Source of the DNA: Kiritimatiella glycovorans
GTDB lineage: Bacteria; Verrucomicrobiota; Kiritimatiellia; Kiritimatiellales; Kiritimatiellaceae
Assembly (NCBI RefSeq): GCF_001017655.1
Contig: NZ_CP010904.1
Span: 780,001-812,000 of the forward strand
DNA length: 32,000 bases
Reading direction: 5' to 3'
Positions 8,340 to 17,400 of this stretch are shown piece by piece. Position 1 is the first letter of the stretch. Each line of letters opens with the position of its first letter. A program made the position numbers and the translations under genes. The notes beneath the pieces were generated by a model. That model had not been told where the DNA came from, did not search any database, and saw only the letters and a program-made list of their open reading frames with translations.

Positions 8340-9465
8340 GACTGGCCTCCAAAACCTGCCACAATTGGTGCCGTATCATTTTTGTTTCGGCACTCAAATC
8401 TACCGTAGCAAACCGAATTTCATGTCCTTGGATCGAAACTGATTCATTAAGCATGCTACCAATCGAAGGGTGTAGTAAAATTCCAGTGGCTTTGTCCGCG
8501 AGAGGATCTCCCAGCCCTTCCTGAGACCTCAAATAAGTATAAATCTGGTATATATATCCACTGCGCAACGTTTCATCCCTGTACCACCCTTTGGTTACAA
8601 TCGAATTAAATTTGGTATCAATGATGACCCGCCTACCTGAAATTTCATGGTTCAAGGTAATGTCAGTACGCATTGAGGGGAAAATCTTGTCGATGCCAGA
8701 ACTTTTCTGTTCTACGGCCCATCCGATAGATTTTCCAGCTTCGATACGCCACCCCTGACCGGATAAAGTAACATCATAAAAACCGGCAATTCCTTTTTCA
8801 TAGAGTTTCCGAATCCAAGTAATTTCACGGTCTGGTAACGATAAATATTTTGTTCCGGCAGATTCGGTTGGTAATGCCAGGTTAAACGCAAGGTGAGCTG
8901 CAGCAACCATTTTCCGGTCGATTGCATCGTGCCTTCCAAAACGGTCTATCGAAACCTCTGCGTGTCCCGGTTTTTCTCCGACCACCCCCATACGTCTTAA
9001 ACTGTTCGCAATAGACCTACACCTGTGCCCCAGAGATTGGCGTTTCACCAACTTTGAAATTTCTTCTAATGCTGACCGCACGAAGCGATTGCGAGGCGTA
9101 TCAACGGTCAACTCATCAAAGCGGCAAAACACCTTACCTTTATCAAGAAGCCTATGGTGTTCAGTCTTCAGTAAATCTATTCGGCCACGAACACGATTCA
9201 GAGTTGTCTCGCGTGTCTGGTATCCAAAGCTTAAGTTTCGCTTGATTCGCTGTTCAACCTGTGTGGATAAAATTTCTGCAACCAAGTCGGGTATGTCATC
9301 AGGATTATCTTCAACAGCAACCTGTGAAACTTCATCCAGCTGACGAAAAAGGTCAGATGCATAGAGCATAAGCAGCCAAAGATTCCGGACAGGAATTCTT
9401 CCTATGTAACCAGACTCTTTGAGAGCGGTATTTGGCTTCGGCAATGTGGCTGCAACAGTGCTCAT
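8329..9465 (-). CDS. mcrC: McrC, nuclease subunit of a McrBC-type modification-dependent restriction system
   Basis: The N-terminal block IPVRNLWLLMLYASDLF is McrC-like. There is a PD-(D/E)xK-like segment RRVIIDTKFN. It lies 13 nt downstream of the reconstructed mcrB stop. Confidence 0.85.
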   Translation of the reverse strand: MSTVAATLPKPNTALKESGYIGRIPVRNLWLLMLYASDLFRQLDEVSQVAVEDNPDDIPDLVAEILSTQVEQRIKRNLSFGYQTRETTLNRVRGRIDLLKTEHHRLLDKGKVFCRFDELTVDTPRNRFVRSALEEISKLVKRQSLGHRCRSIANSLRRMGVVGEKPGHAEVSIDRFGRHDAIDRKMVAAAHLAFNLALPTESAGTKYLSLPDREITWIRKLYEKGIAGFYDVTLSGQGWRIEAGKSIGWAVEQKSSGIDKIFPSMRTDITLNHEISGRRVIIDTKFNSIVTKGWYRDETLRSGYIYQIYTYLRSQEGLGDPLADKATGILLHPSIGSMLNESVSIQGHEIRFATVDLSAETKMIRHQLWQVLEASHED

Positions 9466-9564
9466 TTTTTAGAAACCCTCAAAAAAGTCGTTCTCTTGCC
9501 TTCTGGGCTTTATCAAGAGAATCGAACCAGTACTCATCCAAGAGAGGTCCAATTTCTGTATCTA

Positions 9565-11673
9565 CTACTTGTCGGAACCATTCCCGCGCATCCTTGATAG
9601 GAATACCAACGGAGGCGTGACATAACTGTGCCCAATGCTGAACTGTTCGCCCAAGCTGGAATCAGATGTAATCTCTGTATTTAGAGACAATAATTTGCTT
9701 TCAATGTCATCAAGTATGTCTGTGGCTATTCCACATTGAGTTGCTACCCAGTCTTTCCACGTGTTTCCAAGTGCTGGTTTCAAATCGATAAATGCAAACC
9801 TTCTCCGCAGTGCTAAGTCGACAAGAGCAAGCGACCTGTCAGCAATATTCATTGTTCCAATCACATAAAGGTTATCTGGAATAAACACTCGCTCATCATC
9901 TTCACGACGGTATGAAAGCTCTAACGCCTCGTTTGGAGTTCGCTTGTCGACCTCCCACAAAGTCAGCATCTCACCAAATATCTGTGCAGGATTACCTCGA
10001 TTGATTTCTTCGATTACAATGACGTGCCTTGTACTGGGTTCATTTTCGGCGGCCCTGATCATTTCGACAAATGGGCCATCGACTAAAGTCAATTTGCCAT
10101 CACCAGATGGACGCCAACCCCGTACAAAATCTTCGTATGAAAGATTGGGATGAAACTGAACTGCTCGAACCTTGCTATCATTCTTTTGCCCGATAAGAGC
10201 AAGCGCCAATCTCTTTGCAAGCCAAGTTTTCCCTGTCCCGGGAGGGCCTTGCAGAATGAGATTTTTCTTTGTTCGGAGCCGCTCCAGAATCCTTTCAAGC
10301 TTCACTCGTTCGATAAAACAACCGTCCGAAATAATATTATCGACTGAATACGGTTCAATTGGAGCAATGGTAACTTCTTCTTCTGGCTCGCTACCCGGCT
10401 CGTCACTTTGAACATCTGTATCAGTGGCATTGGGGTGTGCCGATGTTCCGCCATCCTTGAAAAGCCAAGCAGCAAGGGAAAGCTCTGGAAAGGAGTGAAC
10501 CGGATAAGCCTCTTCCTGAAACCGTGTTTTTAATGTATCCAGTACCGCTAAATAATCGTTTGTATTACAGCGACCTATGGGGCCATTAAGCCCGATTATG
10601 ATATTCAGTATCTTGCTGATATACCTTTGAGACTGCCCATCAAGAGTCGGGAAATTCCATGGACGAATCCAGTACAACCCCATTGTCAAATTCCAGCCGA
10701 CACCGAATCTCTCGGTTGCACTATCATAGGCTGAAATGAAACCAGCTCTGACATCAGAATCGTCAGAATCTGAAAAGGTGATTGCCCGGGCAAATATCTC
10801 CCATAGCGCATCGATGTCGTCGGACTTTCTTTTGTTATCAAATCCAAAGAACCAAGAGTTCTGGTTGTTGAGTATGGGAATTCCTTCAAATGAGTCCGGC
10901 ACAACTTCTTCAACACCAAGAAAAGTTGCCAATTCAGTAGCAATATTTTTCCTGTTCACATCGGTAATGCCCCGATTGAATATCCCCATAGCTGTAAATG
11001 GACAGATATCCTTCAGAGGGCCTGTTGAGCCATCTTGAAACTGGTCCTGCAGATTGGATAAGCCTTCGACTTTTGATGCAATTGAATGTATGCCTTTTAT
11101 GAGCTCGTCTCGCTTATCCCTGTATAAGAGAAGCTTGTCTGCGATGGCTTCATAAAAACGGGTCCAGAGAAAGCGTTTTTTATCTACAGAGGTGTCTCCA
11201 AAACGCTCACGCCAATATGGTGCATTCCTGAACCGGCTGATATCCTGAGGTTTTTCTTCGAATGTAAAACCGATTAAGGCATCCGTAGTCCAGTCCCCGG
11301 GCAAAACGCGCCATACGGTGCTTCGATTTGTATAGAAGTACCATTCTCTTGGCGGGTCGAAAGGGGTCCATTCAACATCCAAGGTCCGACCGTCACCATG
11401 ATTCTTTTTTACAACTCCGATAGCCTTGATGCCCATGACAGAAACGCTTTGCCCACGATTGTCGAATGAAAGGTCTCGCTTTCGAGTATAAGAGGATATG
11501 ATCGCAATTCGGTCACCGGTCTGGATAGATTTCACTTGGTCAAGATACTTGTCTTGGTATCCATTTTCCCAGATCCCGTCATTGAGAAATCTGCTTGTTT
11601 GATCATCAGAGCCGTAAGTAGCTCCAACAAACCAACATGCTCTTGATCCGGCTCCTTCTGGTTTATCGGTCAT
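9565..11673 (-). CDS. mcrB: McrB-like AAA+ GTPase with a long N-terminal reader-like region; 3' end frameshifted
   Basis: Walker A LILQGPPGTGKTW, VIVIEEINRGNPAQIFGEMLTL, NLYVIGTMNIADRSLALVDLALRRRFAF and IGHSY are present. The conserved C-terminus (VGIPIKDAREWFRQVVDTEIGPLLDEYWFDSLDKAQKARERLF*) sits in another frame and ends at 9479. Confidence 0.9.
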   Translation of the reverse strand: MTDKPEGAGSRACWFVGATYGSDDQTSRFLNDGIWENGYQDKYLDQVKSIQTGDRIAIISSYTRKRDLSFDNRGQSVSVMGIKAIGVVKKNHGDGRTLDVEWTPFDPPREWYFYTNRSTVWRVLPGDWTTDALIGFTFEEKPQDISRFRNAPYWRERFGDTSVDKKRFLWTRFYEAIADKLLLYRDKRDELIKGIHSIASKVEGLSNLQDQFQDGSTGPLKDICPFTAMGIFNRGITDVNRKNIATELATFLGVEEVVPDSFEGIPILNNQNSWFFGFDNKRKSDDIDALWEIFARAITFSDSDDSDVRAGFISAYDSATERFGVGWNLTMGLYWIRPWNFPTLDGQSQRYISKILNIIIGLNGPIGRCNTNDYLAVLDTLKTRFQEEAYPVHSFPELSLAAWLFKDGGTSAHPNATDTDVQSDEPGSEPEEEVTIAPIEPYSVDNIISDGCFIERVKLERILERLRTKKNLILQGPPGTGKTWLAKRLALALIGQKNDSKVRAVQFHPNLSYEDFVRGWRPSGDGKLTLVDGPFVEMIRAAENEPSTRHVIVIEEINRGNPAQIFGEMLTLWEVDKRTPNEALELSYRREDDERVFIPDNLYVIGTMNIADRSLALVDLALRRRFAFIDLKPALGNTWKDWVATQCGIATDILDDIESKLLSLNTEITSDSSLGEQFSIGHSYVTPPLVFLSRMRGNGSDK

Positions 11674-11724
11674 AAATCATCTCCTGCATTAAAAATCTCT
11701 TTATTCTCTTGTTCAGCGATCGGC
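11670..11724 (-). other. Displaced native 3' end of the Mrr-cat gene (…PIAEQENKEIFNAGDDL*), separated by the IS21 insertion
   Basis: Joining 14253 to 11724 (removing the IS plus one ATCGGC copy) restores an uninterrupted ORF. Its TGA then overlaps the mcrB ATG as ATGA at 11670-11673. Confidence 0.8.
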
Positions 11725-11903
11725 TCGTCAACGACAACTACATGGCCCCGTCGGCGACAACTACACTTCCCCATGTTGACGGGGCTGGTGGGCCCCGGGT
11801 TTCCGGGGTTTGAGGGCGATGGGCCGATAGGCCCGAGCCTTCCCCCTCCCACCCCGCAGGGGCACCCCCCATGGGGGGTGCGCGATTCTCACAATTGCGA
11901 TTT

Positions 11904-12665
11904 TCATCGTTTTCGATTCCGTTCGCCCGCCTTCCGGGCGCGGTAACTTTCGCCGTTGAGTTCCAGGATAGTGGAATGATGCACCACCCGATCAATGGCC
12001 GCCGCAGTAGTCATCGGGTCCTTGAAGATCTTGTCCCACTCACTGAAGACCAAGTTGGATGAGATCATCAGGCTGCGCCGCTCGTATCTCTCGGACAGGA
12101 AGGTGAACAACACCTCCATTTCCTCACGGCTCTGCTGCACGTAACCGATGTCATCGAGGATGACCACCTCGAAGCGGTCGAGCTTCTTCAGCAGCGCTTC
12201 GATCGCCAAGTCGCGCTTGGCGGTGAGTAGCTTCTGCACCAGGTGGAACGCCGTGGTAAACAACACCGTCGTGCCGTGTCGCAGCACCAGTTCGCGCCCG
12301 ATCGCGGTCAGCAGATGCGTCTTGCCGCGTCCGGGTAAGCCGAACGCCAGGACGTTCTCGGCCCGTTCGACGAAACCGCCGTCCACCAGCGCCGGGATCT
12401 GACGCTGCACCTTGGTCGGAAGCAGCTTCAGGTTCAGCGTGTCCAGCGACTTGCCGTCGGGCAGGCCGGAGCGTTTCAGCAGCCGCTGCGTGCGCCGTTC
12501 GCCCCGCGCATGCAGTTCGCTCTCCATCACCGCGGCCAGGTAGCGCTCGTACGTCCACTGTTCCTGCGTGGCCTCCGCAGCCAGTCGCTCGTATTCGTTC
12601 AACACGTCCGGCAACCGGAGGGCACGCAATGTCATGGCCAGAGAGGCGGGCGTGGTCATGCGCAC
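11904..12665 (-). CDS. istB: IS21-family helper ATPase IstB
   Basis: Walker A GLPGRGKTHL, Walker B VVILDDIGY, and typical IstB length (253 aa). It overlaps the istA stop. Confidence 0.9.
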   Translation of the reverse strand: MRMTTPASLAMTLRALRLPDVLNEYERLAAEATQEQWTYERYLAAVMESELHARGERRTQRLLKRSGLPDGKSLDTLNLKLLPTKVQRQIPALVDGGFVERAENVLAFGLPGRGKTHLLTAIGRELVLRHGTTVLFTTAFHLVQKLLTAKRDLAIEALLKKLDRFEVVILDDIGYVQQSREEMEVLFTFLSERYERRSLMISSNLVFSEWDKIFKDPMTTAAAIDRVVHHSTILELNGESYRARKAGERNRKR

Positions 12666-14149
12666 ACCTCCTCCGGCGCCAGCAGTTCGTCATAGGCGGC
12701 CAGATCCACCGGCAACGGCGCATGCTCCGACAACGTCGGCATCGGACGCGGACACGCCGAAAGCACCACGTCCAGGCGCGGGATCTCCCCGCGGTCGCGC
12801 AAGCCGCACAGTGCCGCTTCCACCTCACATTCCATCGTGGTGGCCGCGTGCTTGAGGATCTGCAGGTATTCCCGTTCCGCAGTCCGATCGTTGACCGCCG
12901 CGCACAGTGTCTCGTACGCCCACTGGAACGCGGAGGACGGAAACAGGTCAGCACGGAACCGGTAGTTCCGGAACGCCCCGGGCTTGCGCACCAATGAACC
13001 GATCACATGGCGATAGTTGATGTGGTGCGCGTGTTCATCCCGCAGCCATGGCGCAGTGAGCTGGCGCACGCCCCCGTAGAACACCTCGATGTGTTCCGCG
13101 TAGCGATGCACCGTCACCGTGTACCCGATCAGCCGGCTGGGTACCGAGTAGATCCGGCGCTTCACGTTGATAGTGCCCCAACTGCGTACAACGCACCGAT
13201 ACTCCGTGTATTCCGGCAGCCGGTCCACGTCGAGCGCCCGCATGTGTTTGAACTCTTCGGCCAGGCGGACGCGCCGCGTCTCGTTCACCCGCTGAAGCAC
13301 GCCATGAAGGAACTGCTCATACGCCGCCCGGCTGGCGAAGTCCCGCGACCCGCGCAACAACAGGTGTTGCTCGATCCGACGCTTCAGGGCGCCGTTCAGC
13401 GACTCCACATCCCCGTTCTCATGGGGACTGTCCACTTGGATCAGACGGGGAACCATCTCGAAGTGATCCATCAGCTCCAGGTAGGCGCGGTTGTACGCCC
13501 GCGGTTCTCCGCTGGCCTCCGCCGGCCGGTGGGTCGCTGCGCTCGAATGATCCATCCAGTGCTCCGCCGGCACACGGCCCAGCCGCGTCAGCGCGTTCTG
13601 AATCCCCGTACGCAGCGCCACCAGGCTTTCGCTATGGCAGATGCTGGCCCATTCCCAGTTCGAGTAGGTCAGCACGTTGTGACACAACTGGTGGTCGAAC
13701 GGTTCCCCGGCGATCGTGATCCCCAGCCGGTCCATGTGCGTGAAGTCTGTGGACATCCGCACGCCCGGCCGGTGCTCCTGCGCGAAGTACACCTCCTGCT
13801 CGGGCCCCGAAAGCGCTCGCCATTCACGTACCCGCCGCTGAAACGTCCGCAGTTGACCCTCCTGATACTTACCCGCCCGCTCCCGGCACAGCCACTCGAA
13901 CACCGTCTTGGCCTCCAGCTCCGGGCAGCCCTCGAACATCAGTCGGCACTCTTCCCAGTCCTCCGCGAACGGGTCCTCCCGGGTACGCCACCTGCGCTCA
14001 ACCGGCATCTCTGAGGGCAGTTTCCCGCACCTCAGGTACTTCTGCGCCGTCTTACGGTCCAGATCGGCCCGCAACGCAGCCTTGGACACGTTCCCTGTCC
14101 TTTCGTATTCTTCCATCAGCTTCCTCACTTTCCGGTCCGGGGTGACCAT
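12656..14149 (-). CDS. istA: IS21-family transposase IstA
   Basis: 497 aa with an N-terminal HTH region. The DDE-type core has typical IS21 blocks (STDFTH..., ...HENGDVESLNG...). Gene order is istA-istB. Confidence 0.9.
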   Translation of the reverse strand: MVTPDRKVRKLMEEYERTGNVSKAALRADLDRKTAQKYLRCGKLPSEMPVERRWRTREDPFAEDWEECRLMFEGCPELEAKTVFEWLCRERAGKYQEGQLRTFQRRVREWRALSGPEQEVYFAQEHRPGVRMSTDFTHMDRLGITIAGEPFDHQLCHNVLTYSNWEWASICHSESLVALRTGIQNALTRLGRVPAEHWMDHSSAATHRPAEASGEPRAYNRAYLELMDHFEMVPRLIQVDSPHENGDVESLNGALKRRIEQHLLLRGSRDFASRAAYEQFLHGVLQRVNETRRVRLAEEFKHMRALDVDRLPEYTEYRCVVRSWGTINVKRRIYSVPSRLIGYTVTVHRYAEHIEVFYGGVRQLTAPWLRDEHAHHINYRHVIGSLVRKPGAFRNYRFRADLFPSSAFQWAYETLCAAVNDRTAEREYLQILKHAATTMECEVEAALCGLRDRGEIPRLDVVLSACPRPMPTLSEHAPLPVDLAAYDELLAPEEVCA

Positions 14150-14206
14150 CGGCCCTCCTTTCTTTCCAAAAAGAGAGCCTCCAGCACCCCCGGTTAGTGG
14201 GGAAGT

Positions 14207-14677
14207 CTAATTGTCGTCACTGGGGAAGTGTAATTGTCGCTGCGCAATCGGCAGTTCCTCCAGCTCGAAAAGGTCGTGTGACATGCGGCGGACACCTATG
14301 TTGTATTCCATCAGAAGTGTGACCAGCTGTTCACCATTCATGAGGCCCACGGGCGTTTTGTCCGGTTGATTGGCCTCCTTGATGGTTCCGGTGCTGAAGT
14401 CGCTAGTGGTAATGATCAGTCCCTGTTCATGCGCACCAAGGCTGCCGCGAACCTGTTGAACGGTCGGGCTCTGGATATTGCCTTTCCAGCGTTTGGCCTG
14501 AACAGCCATCTTTATGCGGACCACATCGCTGATCAGCAACGTGCCCCGGACATCGATGCCGCCATCGCCGCCGTACTTGGTCACCTCGATGCTTTCAAAG
14601 CCCATCTCCGCCAGCAGTTGACCAACAAGCTCCTCGAATTGTGCCGGGCTCAGATCGACTAAGCTCACCGGCGGCAA
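14207..14677 (-). CDS. Mrr-cat (restriction endonuclease, PD-(D/E)xK) domain protein, 3' end replaced by IS21 sequence
   Basis: LSPAQFEELVGQLLAEMGF...GGDGGIDVRG...AVQAKRW...VQQVRGSL...GLIITTSDFS is the Mrr_cat pattern. The last 11 codons (QRQLHFPSDDN*) are IS-derived. The annotated start is TTG inside attC-5, so the true start is uncertain. Confidence 0.75.
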   Translation of the reverse strand: MPPVSLVDLSPAQFEELVGQLLAEMGFESIEVTKYGGDGGIDVRGTLLISDVVRIKMAVQAKRWKGNIQSPTVQQVRGSLGAHEQGLIITTSDFSTGTIKEANQPDKTPVGLMNGEQLVTLLMEYNIGVRRMSHDLFELEELPIAQRQLHFPSDDN

Positions 14678-14721
14678 TGGAGCGCAGCGGAATTGCCGTC
14701 CGGTGCAGCGCCTTGTTATGT
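14653..14721 (-). other. attC-5 (attC of the Type III R-M cassette)
   Basis: The minus strand reads ACATAAC-AAGGC-GCT(G)CACCGG(A)CGGCAAT-13 nt loop-ATTGCCGCCGGTGAGC-TTA-GTCGATC. R'' ACATAAC overlaps the res stop codon and is the exact complement of GTTATGT at the cassette 5' end (19655-19661). Two extrahelical bases lie on the R''/L'' arm. The R' box is non-canonical (GTC rather than GTT), so the 3' limit is uncertain. Confidence 0.6.
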
Positions 14722-17400
14722 TTCTTTGTATTTTGTAAAGCCTGTCAGAACATCACTGAACGATTTCGGCGCATACTTCTCGAACCCTTCATCATCTACA
14801 AAGATGAAGTCATACACGACTTCCTGCTGCGCTCGATTCACATCGTCGCACCACTGCCTCAGCCGTTCCATTTTGGGCGGCACGTCCAGATCCTCCTGCC
14901 CTTTGGTCTCGACGATCACCACCCGGCCATCCGAAACCCGGACGATGAAGTCAGGATAGTAGTTCGAGATGTCGCCATCCGCATTCACGTAATCCAGCTT
15001 GAAGTGAACCGCCAGATAGTTCTTGGCATAGGAAACCACATCGGGGCAGTTCTCCAAAAAGTTGGCAAACTCCAGCTCAAAGTGGCTGTCGCCAATCACC
15101 CGGTTGAAGACAGACTTCTTGGGAATCATGTAGCCCTGATCCTTCACCACGAAGGGCCGCGTCTTGCGCAGCTTGATCGTATCGCGAATCTCCGCATCAC
15201 CCTTGTACCGCACCGTCAGCTCGTTGATCGCCTGCTTGAAGGTCTCGATGACCGTCTTGGTGGCGGCCAACTCGGAGAGATTCCGCAGCGTGTTCGGTGA
15301 CTCCAGATCGACCGCCTTACCGAACAGGCCGTCACCGACAAATCCCTTCACCTTGCCATAGAGCACATCGTAACCGCTCACCAGCCGCAGTTCCTTCATG
15401 ACTGTTTGGGCGAAATACCCGATCACGCTTCGGTAGTCCGCGATCCCCGCACTATCCAGCACCGTGGTGTGCGTGACCTCTCCCGTGGTGATGTCTTTGA
15501 AAACAATTTCGCGCTGCTCTTCCTCGCTGAACTCCTGATACGCCACCGTCTGAAAGGTGAAACGCCCCGCGTCCAAGTCCGCCAGGTTCTTGTATTCCCG
15601 GTAAACCCGTGGCGTCAGCACCGGGATTTCGATGTCCAGTGCGTCAATGTCCTTGTGGGTGTTCTCGTTGTCCACCTCTACGATAAGGGGAGTCTTCGGC
15701 TTGGTGCCTTCGCCCATCGCCTTGCGCTCCAGTTCGACACCCTCGGCCTGAATCGACTCCACAAAATCCATGAAGGCATCCGTGCCCACCACGCTGACAT
15801 ATTCCTCCGTGTTGCCCGGATACATCTTGCGCAGCCCGCGCCCCAGCGTCTGCTCGGGCAGGATGTTGCTCTTGGCCGAGTAGGCCCGCAGCCCGACAAT
15901 CGTCGTCACGTTGCGCACATCCCAGCCTTCCTTGAGCATCAGCACCGAGACGATTACCTTGTAGGGGCTCCCATTGGAATCGATCTCATTGGACTGCTTG
16001 CGCAGCAGCTCCAACTCTTCCTTCTTCTTCCCGGAAGCAGCCTCAGAGATTTCCCCGTTGTTCTTGGTGTGAATGGTCAGCACCCCGCCAGCCAGATCGG
16101 GATAACGATTCTCCAGATACTCCGCCACTTCATCGCAGTTACGCGTGTCGTCCGTCATCACGAACAGAATCGCCTTCTTGCCCATCTTCTGGTGCTCGTC
16201 GTAGGCCTTGCGCCACTCGATCACCCCCAGGTCCAGATAATCCGCATACTTCTCGGTGAACTTCGCGCTCTGCTTCTCCGAGAGCTTTGCCCGGCTCGGC
16301 GCATCCGGCAGCACCGGGTGCTTGACTACATTCTGCGAAATCGCCTCCACCAGCGGATAATCCGACACCGTCTGGACAAAAATAGCCCCGTTGTTGTGCT
16401 TGGGCGTCGCCGTCACATCCACTTGCAGGCTCAACGCGCCACCCTTCTGCAACAGCCGGTTGTGGATGTCCTCAATCGACTGAAACCACGCCAGCTTCGA
16501 GTCGTGAATGTGGTGCGCCTCGTCGTTGAGCACCATCAGCTCGTCAATGTCGCGCACGATCATCCCCAGATCCACTTTCGAGTCCGTCGTTGCGCCCGTC
16601 GGTCGCTTGCCGAGGAAGTAGTCCATCGTGTTCTCATCCTCGGGCGAGGGCATGATCTCCTCGCCCGAATAAACCCGGTGAATATTGGTCAGGAAAATGT
16701 TCCCCGTCGCCCGCGTCACGTTCACCTCGTCCTGCTTGTGCAGGGTGAGTTGGAAATCGTCGCGCCAGTTGTGCCCGTCGTAGCCATTGTCCGGCAGCAC
16801 CGGATCCTCGAAGAAAATCCGCAGCCCCTGAAAGTCGTGATAAATCCGGTCCAGCACGATGATGTTCGGGGCGATCACCAGAAAATTGCGCGCCAGCTCC
16901 GAATCCGGCTCATAGAGCCTGTGGTAAAAGCTCCACGCCAGGGCAAGGCTCATCACCTTGGTCTTGCCCGAGCCCGTCGCCATCTTGATGACAAAGCGCC
17001 GCCACGTCTCGTCAAACATCCCCGCCGATACTGCGCCGCTGCTGTCAAAGCGCATCAGGTCATACTTGTCCTTCGCGCCCACCACATCATGCAGGTAGAT
17101 GATCGTCTCCATCGCCTCCCGCTGGGCGAAGTAATACTCGAAGCTACCGATGATCGCGTCCTTCCCCGGCAGCAGGTGCGGCTCCTTGAACCACCAGGTG
17201 AGCAGACTCTTGCTCGTGTCGCTCGCGCCCACGTAGCCGCCGTCACGGAACGCCTTCACATTGCGGCGCAGTTGCGCCACCAGCGGCGGCATCAGCTTGT
17301 CCATCGTCGTGTCGCGCAAGGCCTCGTCTGCCGGGAACCAGCGCACCTCGGGATCGAGGATCGCGTGCGGGGAGTCGGGAAAATCAGGATGCAGCGCCAT
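14716..17400 (-). CDS. res: Type III restriction enzyme, Res subunit (SF2 helicase-nuclease)
   Basis: Helicase motif I MATGSGKTKVM, motif II LNDEAHHI, and later SF2 motifs are present, with a C-terminal nuclease-like region. The start overlaps the mod stop (TAATG). Confidence 0.85.
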   Translation of the reverse strand: MALHPDFPDSPHAILDPEVRWFPADEALRDTTMDKLMPPLVAQLRRNVKAFRDGGYVGASDTSKSLLTWWFKEPHLLPGKDAIIGSFEYYFAQREAMETIIYLHDVVGAKDKYDLMRFDSSGAVSAGMFDETWRRFVIKMATGSGKTKVMSLALAWSFYHRLYEPDSELARNFLVIAPNIIVLDRIYHDFQGLRIFFEDPVLPDNGYDGHNWRDDFQLTLHKQDEVNVTRATGNIFLTNIHRVYSGEEIMPSPEDENTMDYFLGKRPTGATTDSKVDLGMIVRDIDELMVLNDEAHHIHDSKLAWFQSIEDIHNRLLQKGGALSLQVDVTATPKHNNGAIFVQTVSDYPLVEAISQNVVKHPVLPDAPSRAKLSEKQSAKFTEKYADYLDLGVIEWRKAYDEHQKMGKKAILFVMTDDTRNCDEVAEYLENRYPDLAGGVLTIHTKNNGEISEAASGKKKEELELLRKQSNEIDSNGSPYKVIVSVLMLKEGWDVRNVTTIVGLRAYSAKSNILPEQTLGRGLRKMYPGNTEEYVSVVGTDAFMDFVESIQAEGVELERKAMGEGTKPKTPLIVEVDNENTHKDIDALDIEIPVLTPRVYREYKNLADLDAGRFTFQTVAYQEFSEEEQREIVFKDITTGEVTHTTVLDSAGIADYRSVIGYFAQTVMKELRLVSGYDVLYGKVKGFVGDGLFGKAVDLESPNTLRNLSELAATKTVIETFKQAINELTVRYKGDAEIRDTIKLRKTRPFVVKDQGYMIPKKSVFNRVIGDSHFELEFANFLENCPDVVSYAKNYLAVHFKLDYVNADGDISNYYPDFIVRVSDGRVVIVETKGQEDLDVPPKMERLRQWCDDVNRAQQEVVYDFIFVDDEGFEKYAPKSFSDVLTGFTKYKET

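Larger units (their letters stand above)
11725..14246 (-). mobile_element. IS21-family insertion sequence (2522 bp) with 6-bp target-site duplication ATCGGC
   Basis: It carries istA and istB. The imperfect terminal inverted repeats align in register for about 50 bp (left TCGTCAACGACAACTACA..., reverse complement of right TGCGCAGCGACAATTACA...). Each end has an internally repeated CGACAA(C/T)TA(C/G)ACTTCCCCA motif. ATCGGC occurs at 11719-11724 and 14247-14252. GC is about 65% against about 45% in the flanks. Confidence 0.85.

Noticed and set aside
11738-11995. 85-aa and 60-aa minus-strand ORFs at the IS21 left end
   Set aside because: They lie in the IS21 terminal repeat region. Only the last 18 codons of the 60-aa ORF are meaningful, as the displaced native 3' end of the Mrr-cat gene.
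7998-14659. Mrr-cat/McrBC/ARH block as a further integron cassette starting at G|TCGATC
   Set aside because: The R' box is GTC rather than GTT. I found no complementary GATCGAC box or attC-like hairpin downstream of mcrC or the ARH fragment. I treat this block as flanking context beyond the array end.
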